Shown in pieces: positions 56,992 through 64,000 of a DNA stretch of 64,000 nucleotides. Positions within the stretch are counted from its first letter, which is position 1. The number at the start of each line of letters is the position of its first letter. The notes beneath the pieces were generated by a model. That model was not told the DNA's origin. It was given only the letters and a program-made list of their open reading frames with translations, and searched no databases. Source of the DNA: a virus. Its lineage: Duplodnaviria > Caudoviricetes. A program made the translations under genes and the position numbers. The stretch covers positions 132,532 to 196,531 of the IMG/VR virus record IMGVR_UViG_3300033121_002101, one strand, 5' to 3'.

Positions 56992-57555
56992 TCACTCCGC
57001 GGCGGGGGCGGTCAGGGCCTCGAGCTCGGCGTCCGAGAGGTCGTCACCGATGGCCGGCTCGTCGGCGACCGGCTCGCTCTGGGTCTCGCTCGGGTGCTCC
57101 TCCGACTGGGCGGCCGCGGAGGCGACCGACTGGGCGCGCAGGGAGGCGATCGCGGAGGCGAGGCTGGGCGCCGGCCCCTTCGAACCCCGGGTGCGGGAGG
57201 AGGCGCCCGGCCGCGTGGTGGCGGTCACCGAGTTGAGGGCGGTGATCGCCTTGCTCAGCCAGTCGGCCGAGACCTTGCGGAGGTCGACCCGGACGGACAC
57301 GTTGCCGTTCTCCCCGGGCTCGAGCACCTTGGCGGCGTCGGCCGGGACCTCGAGGCCCATGGCCTTGAGCTCGTCGAGCCCGCCCCAGGCCCAGCCCGAC
57401 AGGTCGGCGTGCGTGCACACGTCGGACTTGTTGGGCTTGGCGACGTACAGCTTGGCGCCCTTGGGCCCGACGAGCTGCATGTACTGCTTGTTCTCGATGG
57501 CCTGGACGGTGGCGGGGGCCGAGACGATGGCGGTGGCGATGGCGGTGGTCTTCAT
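56992..57555 (-). CDS. hypothetical protein, dispersed family A, very GC-rich codons
   Basis: GAGG RBS; ENKQYMQLVGPKGAKLYVAK...HADLSGW. Confidence 0.78.
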   Translation of the reverse strand: MKTTAIATAIVSAPATVQAIENKQYMQLVGPKGAKLYVAKPNKSDVCTHADLSGWAWGGLDELKAMGLEVPADAAKVLEPGENGNVSVRVDLRKVSADWLSKAITALNSVTATTRPGASSRTRGSKGPAPSLASAIASLRAQSVASAAAQSEEHPSETQSEPVADEPAIGDDLSDAELEALTAPAAE

Positions 57556-57649
57556 GGTCTTTTCCTCACAAGGCGGTTGTTGGGCGCAGCTCTAGTCTCA
57601 CGGCACACCTCTTGCGGGCTGCTCGAGGTCTAAGTACTGTGAGCGCTAA

Positions 57650-57870
57650 ATCCCCAATTATAAGGCAACCGCCTTATAATAATATAATATACTTGAATTG
57701 TGACCTGAATGTCACATGAAAAAATATAATTTCACGTGTCGGAAATGTCACATGAAAAAATATATTTCATGTACCGGGTTCATGTGAAAGTCACTTGAAC
57801 AGAAACTTCGCTTAACCCTCGCGCGAGACGAGGCCCATTTTTCACGTACAGTTTTATTTAAATAAACTTC
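57650..57870. promoter_or_regulatory. AT-rich non-coding control region with palindromes and a 21 bp direct repeat
   Basis: ATTATAAGGC-aacc-GCCTTATAAT (57657-57680); AATGTCACATGAAAAAATATA at 57708 and 57744. Confidence 0.65.
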
Positions 57871-57877
57871 AAGTAAA

Positions 57878-58141
57878 CTAGAGAAGGTCCTTGGTGAGCC
57901 CATAAAGCCTAATATAGGCGTCAGTATGACGTTCAGCATATGGCAAAGCTATGCTACGCGCAGCATGTGACATACCTTCTATTGCTAGACGAGCTTGTTC
58001 ATCTGTTATTTCACTCTTAGCTAGCTTATCACTTATACAGAAACAGCAAATTCCATTGTGATCAGCGCCGCCAGGGTAGTAGATGCATTCTCCAGTGTGC
58101 ATATAATCTCTCTCTATTCTATCGTTTCGTGGGTACATCAC
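57878..58141 (-). CDS. hypothetical protein
   Basis: coupled ORF. Confidence 0.55.
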   Translation of the reverse strand: MMYPRNDRIERDYMHTGECIYYPGGADHNGICCFCISDKLAKSEITDEQARLAIEGMSHAARSIALPYAERHTDAYIRLYGLTKDLL

Positions 58142-58377
58142 AGTGTATTAGAATGTGCACCCTTCCAAGTGAAACTGAATGATAGACACATCCATCCTAG
58201 TAGTGCTTCGATGCACATTATCTTGTTCAATCGAGAATCTCCATATGTAGATCCTGTAGAGCCTTGTTCAATTGAAAAACCCAGACCGAAACGTTTTACG
58301 CCACCAAATGGATGCGCAGTTTTCAACTGTACATAAACATTCCTATCTTCACCCAAATGTATCAATTTTTCATACAT
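58138..58377 (-). CDS. hypothetical protein
   Basis: coupled ORF. Confidence 0.55.
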   Translation of the reverse strand: MYEKLIHLGEDRNVYVQLKTAHPFGGVKRFGLGFSIEQGSTGSTYGDSRLNKIMCIEALLGWMCLSFSFTWKGAHSNTL

Positions 58378-59321
58378 CAGCCAATGCTCCGCGGAATGGG
58401 TACATCATACAGCTCAAACAAGCTGTCAGTATTACACAGTGGCATTCTCTGTTTCCTTAACCACATTGGTATAAGCAGAGCAGCGACAATACCCTTATCT
58501 GGTGGTTTTTCATATTCCTTACGAATCGCAAGCAACAATGAAATCTCAGAATCTTTGATGGCAAATTCTGCGGCGTTATTGTTTTGTTTCGATTCACTTA
58601 CATGATTTGCAATCGATTTTTGCAAAAGAGAAATTTTTCCAGTAAATGAACGCTGCGTTCTGCATTTGAATGCATTTGGAGAAATATAGACTTGTTCCAA
58701 ACTTAATCCAAGATACAAATGATTCATTCCGCAAGAACAGATGGCCGCATAGTCATCACAATTTAGTTTTGCAAGATCTCTTATTTCATCGTCATGCGCA
58801 TACCGATACTCAGGAGAATTTTTGTTTGCTTGCTCTCTTTTCTGATTATTTTCTGTATGCACAATATTCTTCTGACTGTTCATAAGATCGGTAATTCGTT
58901 TCTTTAAATCACCGACATTTCCACACCAGGATATCGGCGTTTTGCATTTGCATGTAGCGCCGCCTCCGAATGAAACTTCTTCAATATATTTTCCAGAATA
59001 CGAATGATTCATTCCGCAAGAGCAAACTGAAATATACGAATTATCTCTTAGCAAAGAAATACTTCTCATATCGTCTGTGTATGGATACCGATATAACACT
59101 AGACTCTGCAGATCACGAACCGTTCCTACCCAAGAACTTTCTGTTTTGCATTTGAACGGTGATCTTGTTTCCAACACGCACAAAATATCTTCTTTTCCGG
59201 GATTACAAAATGAATGATTCATTCCGCAAGAGCAAATTGCGACGTATTCATCATTTGGTAAAGCAGTTAATGACCTTACGTCATCTAGGCCTGGAAACCG
59301 ATAATCTGTAAAGAAGTTCAT
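58377..59321 (-). CDS. protein with three CSCGMNH repeat domains
   Basis: YR...DD.R....L..D.Y...CSCGMNH...KC.T..S..G x3. Confidence 0.75.
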   Translation of the reverse strand: MNFFTDYRFPGLDDVRSLTALPNDEYVAICSCGMNHSFCNPGKEDILCVLETRSPFKCKTESSWVGTVRDLQSLVLYRYPYTDDMRSISLLRDNSYISVCSCGMNHSYSGKYIEEVSFGGGATCKCKTPISWCGNVGDLKKRITDLMNSQKNIVHTENNQKREQANKNSPEYRYAHDDEIRDLAKLNCDDYAAICSCGMNHLYLGLSLEQVYISPNAFKCRTQRSFTGKISLLQKSIANHVSESKQNNNAAEFAIKDSEISLLLAIRKEYEKPPDKGIVAALLIPMWLRKQRMPLCNTDSLFELYDVPIPRSIG

Positions 59322-59330
59322 TGTTTCCTC

Positions 59331-59690
59331 TTAAATGATCGTTACCATGTGCTGGCCGTTGTGAAGTGTCGATAGATGAAACCACTCACCATTTGCATTG
59401 TTGAAGTTTTCATCTAGAAACTTTTTGATTTCACCACCAATCAGCACTTGATCTTCATCAATTGTAAGCCAGCCTGGATTCCGCATTTCTTCGAATTCAA
59501 ATGCTTGACAACATCTGTAAAGAGAATGCGCAAGTATATTCCAGTATTTTACTACCCAGTGTTTTGAAACATAACTTGTAATATCTTTTGCCATGTTTTC
59601 TAGAATTCTCTGCCCAAGCATACTAAAATCGTTATCGCCGAACACGATCAAAACATCTGGTATTCTCTGAATTTCTTGAACTTCTTTCAT
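59331..59690 (-). CDS. hypothetical protein
   Basis: FGDNDF motif. Confidence 0.65.
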   Translation of the reverse strand: MKEVQEIQRIPDVLIVFGDNDFSMLGQRILENMAKDITSYVSKHWVVKYWNILAHSLYRCCQAFEFEEMRNPGWLTIDEDQVLIGGEIKKFLDENFNNANGEWFHLSTLHNGQHMVTII

Positions 59691-59742
59691 TTTGCACTCT
59701 CTTTTTGCACGAAATGTAACTCAGAGTTTCATATTGTAAATT

Positions 59743-60090
59743 TTAATCTCTCAAAAACATGCAATCTGATAAAAACGCGCCGCCTTCATGAGCGTTCATT
59801 ATAGGATACCAGCTATTGTATTTGTTACTGTAAGCATACATTTCTTTATCGCATGCTGTGTTTAGAAAATACGCAAGATATCCTAGCACTGTAAAAGTAT
59901 GAAAATATGAATGTTGCCCGTCATTGTCATACCAATCAATAGAAGCAACAAGATCATTCATTTCATCTTGACTGTTACTGATTTTGACGCCGTTTGGAAA
60001 AGTATCTTCAAACCAGCTTATACCACTTGCGCACGCATTGATTTTTTCTAGATGCTTAACCGTCAAAATCATAGACTTGTATTTCGCCAT
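59743..60090 (-). CDS. hypothetical protein, family B
   Basis: ACASGISWF...FPNGVKISNSQDEMNDL. Confidence 0.7.
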   Translation of the reverse strand: MAKYKSMILTVKHLEKINACASGISWFEDTFPNGVKISNSQDEMNDLVASIDWYDNDGQHSYFHTFTVLGYLAYFLNTACDKEMYAYSNKYNSWYPIMNAHEGGAFLSDCMFLRD

Positions 60091-60091
60091 T

Positions 60092-60379
60092 TTACTTTCC
60101 TTTGATGACTTCGCCAAGCTTTTCAGATATTCTTTTGATATCGTGAAAATCGAGTGTTACAGAATTGAATGAATCATTAAATGTGAGTTCACGAATCTCT
60201 GCAAATGAATGTTCACCATGCTCAATCACACGGAATGATGACAGAGGTCTATCATAAAACTGAAGGGTAATCCATGGCGGTCCGCCATTTGGGTCAGGAG
60301 AACAACACCAGAGTGTCTGTAGCATACCACAAACGACACATATGTCTGTCTCATCACCAGGATCATTGTCGCATATCAT
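60092..60379 (-). CDS. hypothetical protein
   Basis: GGAG RBS. Confidence 0.55.
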   Translation of the reverse strand: MICDNDPGDETDICVVCGMLQTLWCCSPDPNGGPPWITLQFYDRPLSSFRVIEHGEHSFAEIRELTFNDSFNSVTLDFHDIKRISEKLGEVIKGK

Positions 60380-60418
60380 TTTATTCTCCGTTGTATTATT
60401 CGCCTGAATGTTCTATCA

Positions 60419-60655
60419 TTAGTAAATCCGAGCTCCGCAATCTTCGCATTCACTGTGACTATAACCGCCGCCAGCGTAACCAGGATCATAGTGTTTTGTT
60501 TTCTTATCATGATTACACATTGATTGATTTGCTTTATCAAGCCCTTCTAATGCTGACATCATTGCTTTTAATTTTTTAAATGCAATTTTTATTTCTTCAC
60601 GATTTTTTGTAACATTTTCTGGAGACAAATCTATATCTGGAATCTCTGCTTTCAT
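60419..60655 (-). CDS. hypothetical Zn-ribbon protein
   Basis: CNH...CEDCG. Confidence 0.6.
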   Translation of the reverse strand: MKAEIPDIDLSPENVTKNREEIKIAFKKLKAMMSALEGLDKANQSMCNHDKKTKHYDPGYAGGGYSHSECEDCGARIY

Positions 60656-60664
60656 AGTTTGTTC

Positions 60665-60961
60665 TCAATCTTCAATGTGCAATCTGCTTTGTTCGACAAT
60701 AGTATCACGATAAAAACCACACAACTTACAGCAATCAGTAATATTTGATTGCTCAAAATAATGTCGCGGCATAAAACCCATGCAACCAGTTGCTATAGCA
60801 CAATTTATACTCGCGATTATCTCTTCTGTATTTTCTGGTCTTGGGCATTTATTGCAGCGCTTTCCGCCATCTGGATGTTCCCAAGCAACTGGTCTATGGC
60901 ATAAGTCACATGTCTGTGCTTTTTGCCATTTTGTGTTTTTCATTGATTTATTATTATTCAT
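60665..60961 (-). CDS. Cys-rich hypothetical protein
   Basis: CxxC pairs. Confidence 0.55.
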   Translation of the reverse strand: MNNNKSMKNTKWQKAQTCDLCHRPVAWEHPDGGKRCNKCPRPENTEEIIASINCAIATGCMGFMPRHYFEQSNITDCCKLCGFYRDTIVEQSRLHIED

Positions 60962-61125
60962 CGTTGATATTCACTACATTGTACTTTGAAATGATTACGT
61001 CTAATGCTTTTAGCAATTCATCAATAGACTTAACAACCAAATCTGGTTTTGTATTACGCTGAGTGTAGCGTAATCGTTCCATTAGTGGAATAAGTGCACT
61101 CAATTCTTTTTCTATATTTTGCATG

Positions 61126-61515
61126 TTAATCATTAATTTTGAATGGATTGTAAGAAGCAGCAAGACCAATTGCACCAGCTAATACAAAATAATCAGGCTC
61201 TATTATAAACTGTGGAATTTTTTGTAGTGACCACGGAAATATTTGTTGGTGTTCGTAGATATATGCTATTGCAGACCATTGTGATGACGTTCTACAATAT
61301 TTGTCGATCCACACAGTATAACCAAAAAGCATGAAGTTCAACAAATTATTCGTCTTTTGATCATTTGCCGCCATCATCGATCCATCTTGATTCCTCGAGA
61401 TTTTTTGTTTTGACTGCTGTGAGTAATGCATCCCATGCCATGCTTGGTCTATTTCGTACGACGTTTGCAATCCAATGTTGTTGATTGCGTTTTGCAGCAT
61501 CGATAAGTTCGTCAA
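61126..61515 (-). CDS. hypothetical protein
   Basis: packed ORF. Confidence 0.5.
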   Translation of the reverse strand: MTNLSMLQNAINNIGLQTSYEIDQAWHGMHYSQQSKQKISRNQDGSMMAANDQKTNNLLNFMLFGYTVWIDKYCRTSSQWSAIAYIYEHQQIFPWSLQKIPQFIIEPDYFVLAGAIGLAASYNPFKIND

Positions 61516-61574
61516 CTAAACTCATAGTTCACTATCTATTTGCTCAACACGCACCCAGTTACGCTCGGCCGGCT

Positions 61575-62984
61575 TCACTTGCCCACCGTCCCGTCGCAGC
61601 TGCCGGTGTGCCCTTTGGCGAGAGCGCACGGTGGCCCCTGGTCCCCGCGGCGCGTGTCCTTGCCGCACACCTCGGGCGTCACGGGGATGCCCGCGGCGGT
61701 GAGAGTGGCGCGCATGGCGGCGACGCGCGGCTTGCGATGGCTGTTTAGGATGCAGTCCCAGCCGAACAGCTCGCCGCCGACCTCGTACACCGCATCCGAT
61801 GCCGCGTTCTGGTAGTCGCGCGCCACCGCCTCGGGATCCACCGGCGCGACCAGCGTCGCCTCGAGGCGGGCGAGGACGGCGCGGATGCCGTTGCGGTCGC
61901 TGCTGTCGATCGGTGGACACTGCTCGCCGTGGTCGATGCCGTCCGTTCCGACGACGTAGAACAGGCGGATCAGCTCATCCTCGCTCACCCCCGCGAACAC
62001 CGGGTGGGCGGGCGGCGACGTGGGCGGGGCGCCGAGGGAGGCGAGGGCGCGGATCATGGCATCGACGCGAATCGGTCGCTGCGCCTCCGGGAAATGATCG
62101 AAGCTGGAGTTCGGGATCGCCGCGTAGTATGCGCGGCACAGCTCCTCGGCTCGGTCCTGCGCTGGCAGCGTGACGGGGCCAAGGTGAGCAAACACCTTGC
62201 GCGCCAGCCCCGCATGCCCGTGCGCGTCGAGCGCCGCCGATAGCCTCGCCTCGTCCAGCACCGGCCGGGCTTCGAGCTCGGCGACGCGGGTGGTGAGGCG
62301 CGTCTCCTCACGCCACAGCCGCGCTGCCTCGCGCTCCCATAGCTCGGCGCACTCGCGGGCGTTGCGCGGCACGATGCCGTCGGGGCCAACCTGGCGGCTG
62401 GCCAATGCGATATCGCACGAGCCGTTGCATGGGGTGCGGCTCCGCTCGTTCGCGGCCTGCTCCAGCCCGGCGATCCGGGTGCGGCACGCGGCGAAGTGGG
62501 CGCGTTCGGAGGCGAGGTCGGCAGCGAGCATGCCGATTCGCTCGACGGGTTGCAGGGCGCGACCACCGTCACGCAGCGCCACTGAGCCATAGCGAGCGGC
62601 GTCATCGTCGGCGTACGGCACTACGTCAGGAACGCCGGCATCACGCAGCGCGTTCCGCACGCCAGTCAGCATCGAGTCGTATCGGTCGACATGCGCGCGC
62701 AGGACTGACACCTCATCGGCGTGCGTCTGTGCGGCTACGGCGATTCCAGAGCTGACGTCGCGGCGAAACTCGTCGAGCTTGGCGCGCACCTCGGCAAGCT
62801 GCGCGGTCATCTCGTCACGCCGCGCATGCAACGTCGCGCACAGGTCCAGCGCCGCGCCGAGCAGCTCCCGGACGGCCGACGGGGCGGCCTCGTCGAGCAG
62901 CGCGTCGAGCACGTCGAGCCGGTGCCGGTCGTGGGCGGCGCAGGCGGTGGCAAGGGAGGCGGTGATTGTTGGGTCGGTCATCAT
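61575..62984 (-). CDS. GC-rich hypothetical coiled-coil protein
   Basis: GAGG RBS before ATG 62984; ORF track extension to 63239 overlaps the next gene. Confidence 0.7.
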   Translation of the reverse strand: MMTDPTITASLATACAAHDRHRLDVLDALLDEAAPSAVRELLGAALDLCATLHARRDEMTAQLAEVRAKLDEFRRDVSSGIAVAAQTHADEVSVLRAHVDRYDSMLTGVRNALRDAGVPDVVPYADDDAARYGSVALRDGGRALQPVERIGMLAADLASERAHFAACRTRIAGLEQAANERSRTPCNGSCDIALASRQVGPDGIVPRNARECAELWEREAARLWREETRLTTRVAELEARPVLDEARLSAALDAHGHAGLARKVFAHLGPVTLPAQDRAEELCRAYYAAIPNSSFDHFPEAQRPIRVDAMIRALASLGAPPTSPPAHPVFAGVSEDELIRLFYVVGTDGIDHGEQCPPIDSSDRNGIRAVLARLEATLVAPVDPEAVARDYQNAASDAVYEVGGELFGWDCILNSHRKPRVAAMRATLTAAGIPVTPEVCGKDTRRGDQGPPCALAKGHTGSCDGTVGK

Positions 62985-63009
62985 GGTTCCTCGTCGGTGG
63001 GGTAGGTGT

Positions 63010-64000
63010 TCAGGTTCGTGCCTGCATCGCTCGCAGTGATGCAGGCGCGATCCCGTAGGTCCAGGCGTTGGCGGCGAGCGCCGTTGTGAACTCGGGCGGC
63101 ACCGGCAGCGCGAAGTGACGCCCGGTCGCGCACCGGACGCGCACGAAGCGGCTGCCCGGCGCGCCGGGCAGGTCGACCTCGACGAGCGTTCCGATCTGTG
63201 GGTCGGCGTCTTCGTCAATCGTCCGCGCGCCCAGTTCACTGAGCGCGGCGTCCCATCCGATGATCTCCATCCCGGCGCGTCGCTGCTCGACGTTCGTGAC
63301 GGCGATCACCTCACGCGCGGTCGGTTTCGGACCGATGATCCAGTGCGCCGGCACTGTCACGCCGTGCCAGTGGTACAGCGACCATCCGTCGCGCCACGCG
63401 AGCGACGGTCCGTCGGCGCAGTGCGGGCGGCACTCCTCGTCGCGGTTGATCACCGTCGGGAAGTCCGACACGAGGCAGAACTTGGCGTGCATGTAGCGTG
63501 GACCGCCCTCGATCGCCGCGCGCTCCCACCACTGATACTTGTCGTGTTGGGGCAGGCGCAGGCCGAGGACGTCACGCGCGGCGGTGAGGTAGCTATCGTA
63601 CTGCGCCCAGAACGCGCCGCCCTGGTACGCCGAGTACCAGCCGGATACCGCTTCGAGCATCGCGGCTGCGGGCGCGCCCGTATCACGCTCGATCTCGAAG
63701 GCAATCAGGCGAGCCCATCCTGGCGCCAAGTCGTAGGTGGCGTCGGCGGCGGCGGTGGCGTCGCTGGTGGCGGAGTAGGTGGCGTCGCGGGTGGCGTTGA
63801 GGGTGGCGACGTCGGTGGCGACGGCGGTGGCGGAGTAGGTGGCGTCGCGGGTGGCGTTGAGGGTGGCGTTGAGGGTGGCGACGTCGGTGGCGGAGTAGGT
63901 GGCGTCGCGGGTGGCGTTGCGGGTGGCGGAGTAGGTGGCGTCGCGGGTGGCGTTGCGGGTGGCGACGTCGGTGGCGGGGTAGGTGGCGTCGCGGGTGGCG
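63010..64000 (-). CDS. DUF6745-like protein with N-terminal ATxx tetrapeptide repeats (5' end outside window)
   Basis: RPHCADGPSLAWRDGWSLYHWHGV.VP, NVEQRR..MEIIG, VRCATGR.FALPVPP, AWTYG; frame open to window edge. Confidence 0.75.
   Translation of the reverse strand, partial: ATRDATYPATDVATRNATRDATYSATRNATRDATYSATDVATLNATLNATRDATYSATAVATDVATLNATRDATYSATSDATAAADATYDLAPGWARLIAFEIERDTGAPAAAMLEAVSGWYSAYQGGAFWAQYDSYLTAARDVLGLRLPQHDKYQWWERAAIEGGPRYMHAKFCLVSDFPTVINRDEECRPHCADGPSLAWRDGWSLYHWHGVTVPAHWIIGPKPTAREVIAVTNVEQRRAGMEIIGWDAALSELGARTIDEDADPQIGTLVEVDLPGAPGSRFVRVRCATGRHFALPVPPEFTTALAANAWTYGIAPASLRAMQART
63735..64000. repeat. imperfect 12 bp coding tandem repeat
   Basis: GGTGGCG+5 nt units encoding ATRD/ATYS/ATLN/ATDV/ATRN on - strand. 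Confidence 0.9.

Noticed and set aside
56171-57633. Long + strand ORFs (474 aa, 179 aa)
   Set aside because: Antisense shadows of GC-rich - strand genes that have RBSs and paralogues
61522-63704. Many overlapping Arg/Ala/Pro-rich ORFs in alternative frames
   Set aside because: Expected from stop-codon scarcity at high GC
63735-64000. Tandem repeat as CRISPR
   Set aside because: 12 bp units without spacers, in frame within a CDS

Overview
Fragment of a large (jumbo-type) tailed dsDNA phage genome. It is mostly AT-rich, densely coded, and reads cleanly in the standard code. Two blocks converge on a bidirectional terminator at ~25.45 kb. The + block (1-25.4 kb) carries a nucleotide/DNA-modification cluster (dNMP kinase, T4 beta-glucosyltransferase-like enzyme, degenerate dUTPase fold, ThyX, Nmad1/DUF1599-like protein, DenV-like glycosylase, B12-dependent radical SAM), a RadA/Sms-like ATPase, and an RNA-repair set (two RNA ligases, cyclic-phosphate receiver, RlaP-like nucleotidyltransferase, two phosphoesterases, HD hydrolase) around four tRNA-type genes. 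The - block (25.4-64 kb) is a long run of small, mostly hypothetical ORFs with an NlpC/P60 hydrolase, a KTSC protein, a dsRBD-less RNase III, a methyltransferase and dispersed tRNAs. The window holds 21 credible tRNAs (17 with U34 anticodons, none encoding CCA) plus several non-canonical tRNA-like or structured RNAs. Most notable features: (i) a GC-rich putative early region (52.5-57.6 kb) in which most genes are preceded by a repeated long hairpin + short hairpin + RBS cassette, with a second hairpin family further downstream and a phage-encoded RNase III on the same strand; (ii) a GC-to-AT codon gradient running into the tRNA genes; (iii) tRNAs with swapped variable-arm architecture; (iv) the candidate base-hypermodification cluster. 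All calls come from motif reading by eye; no database search or folding program was run.
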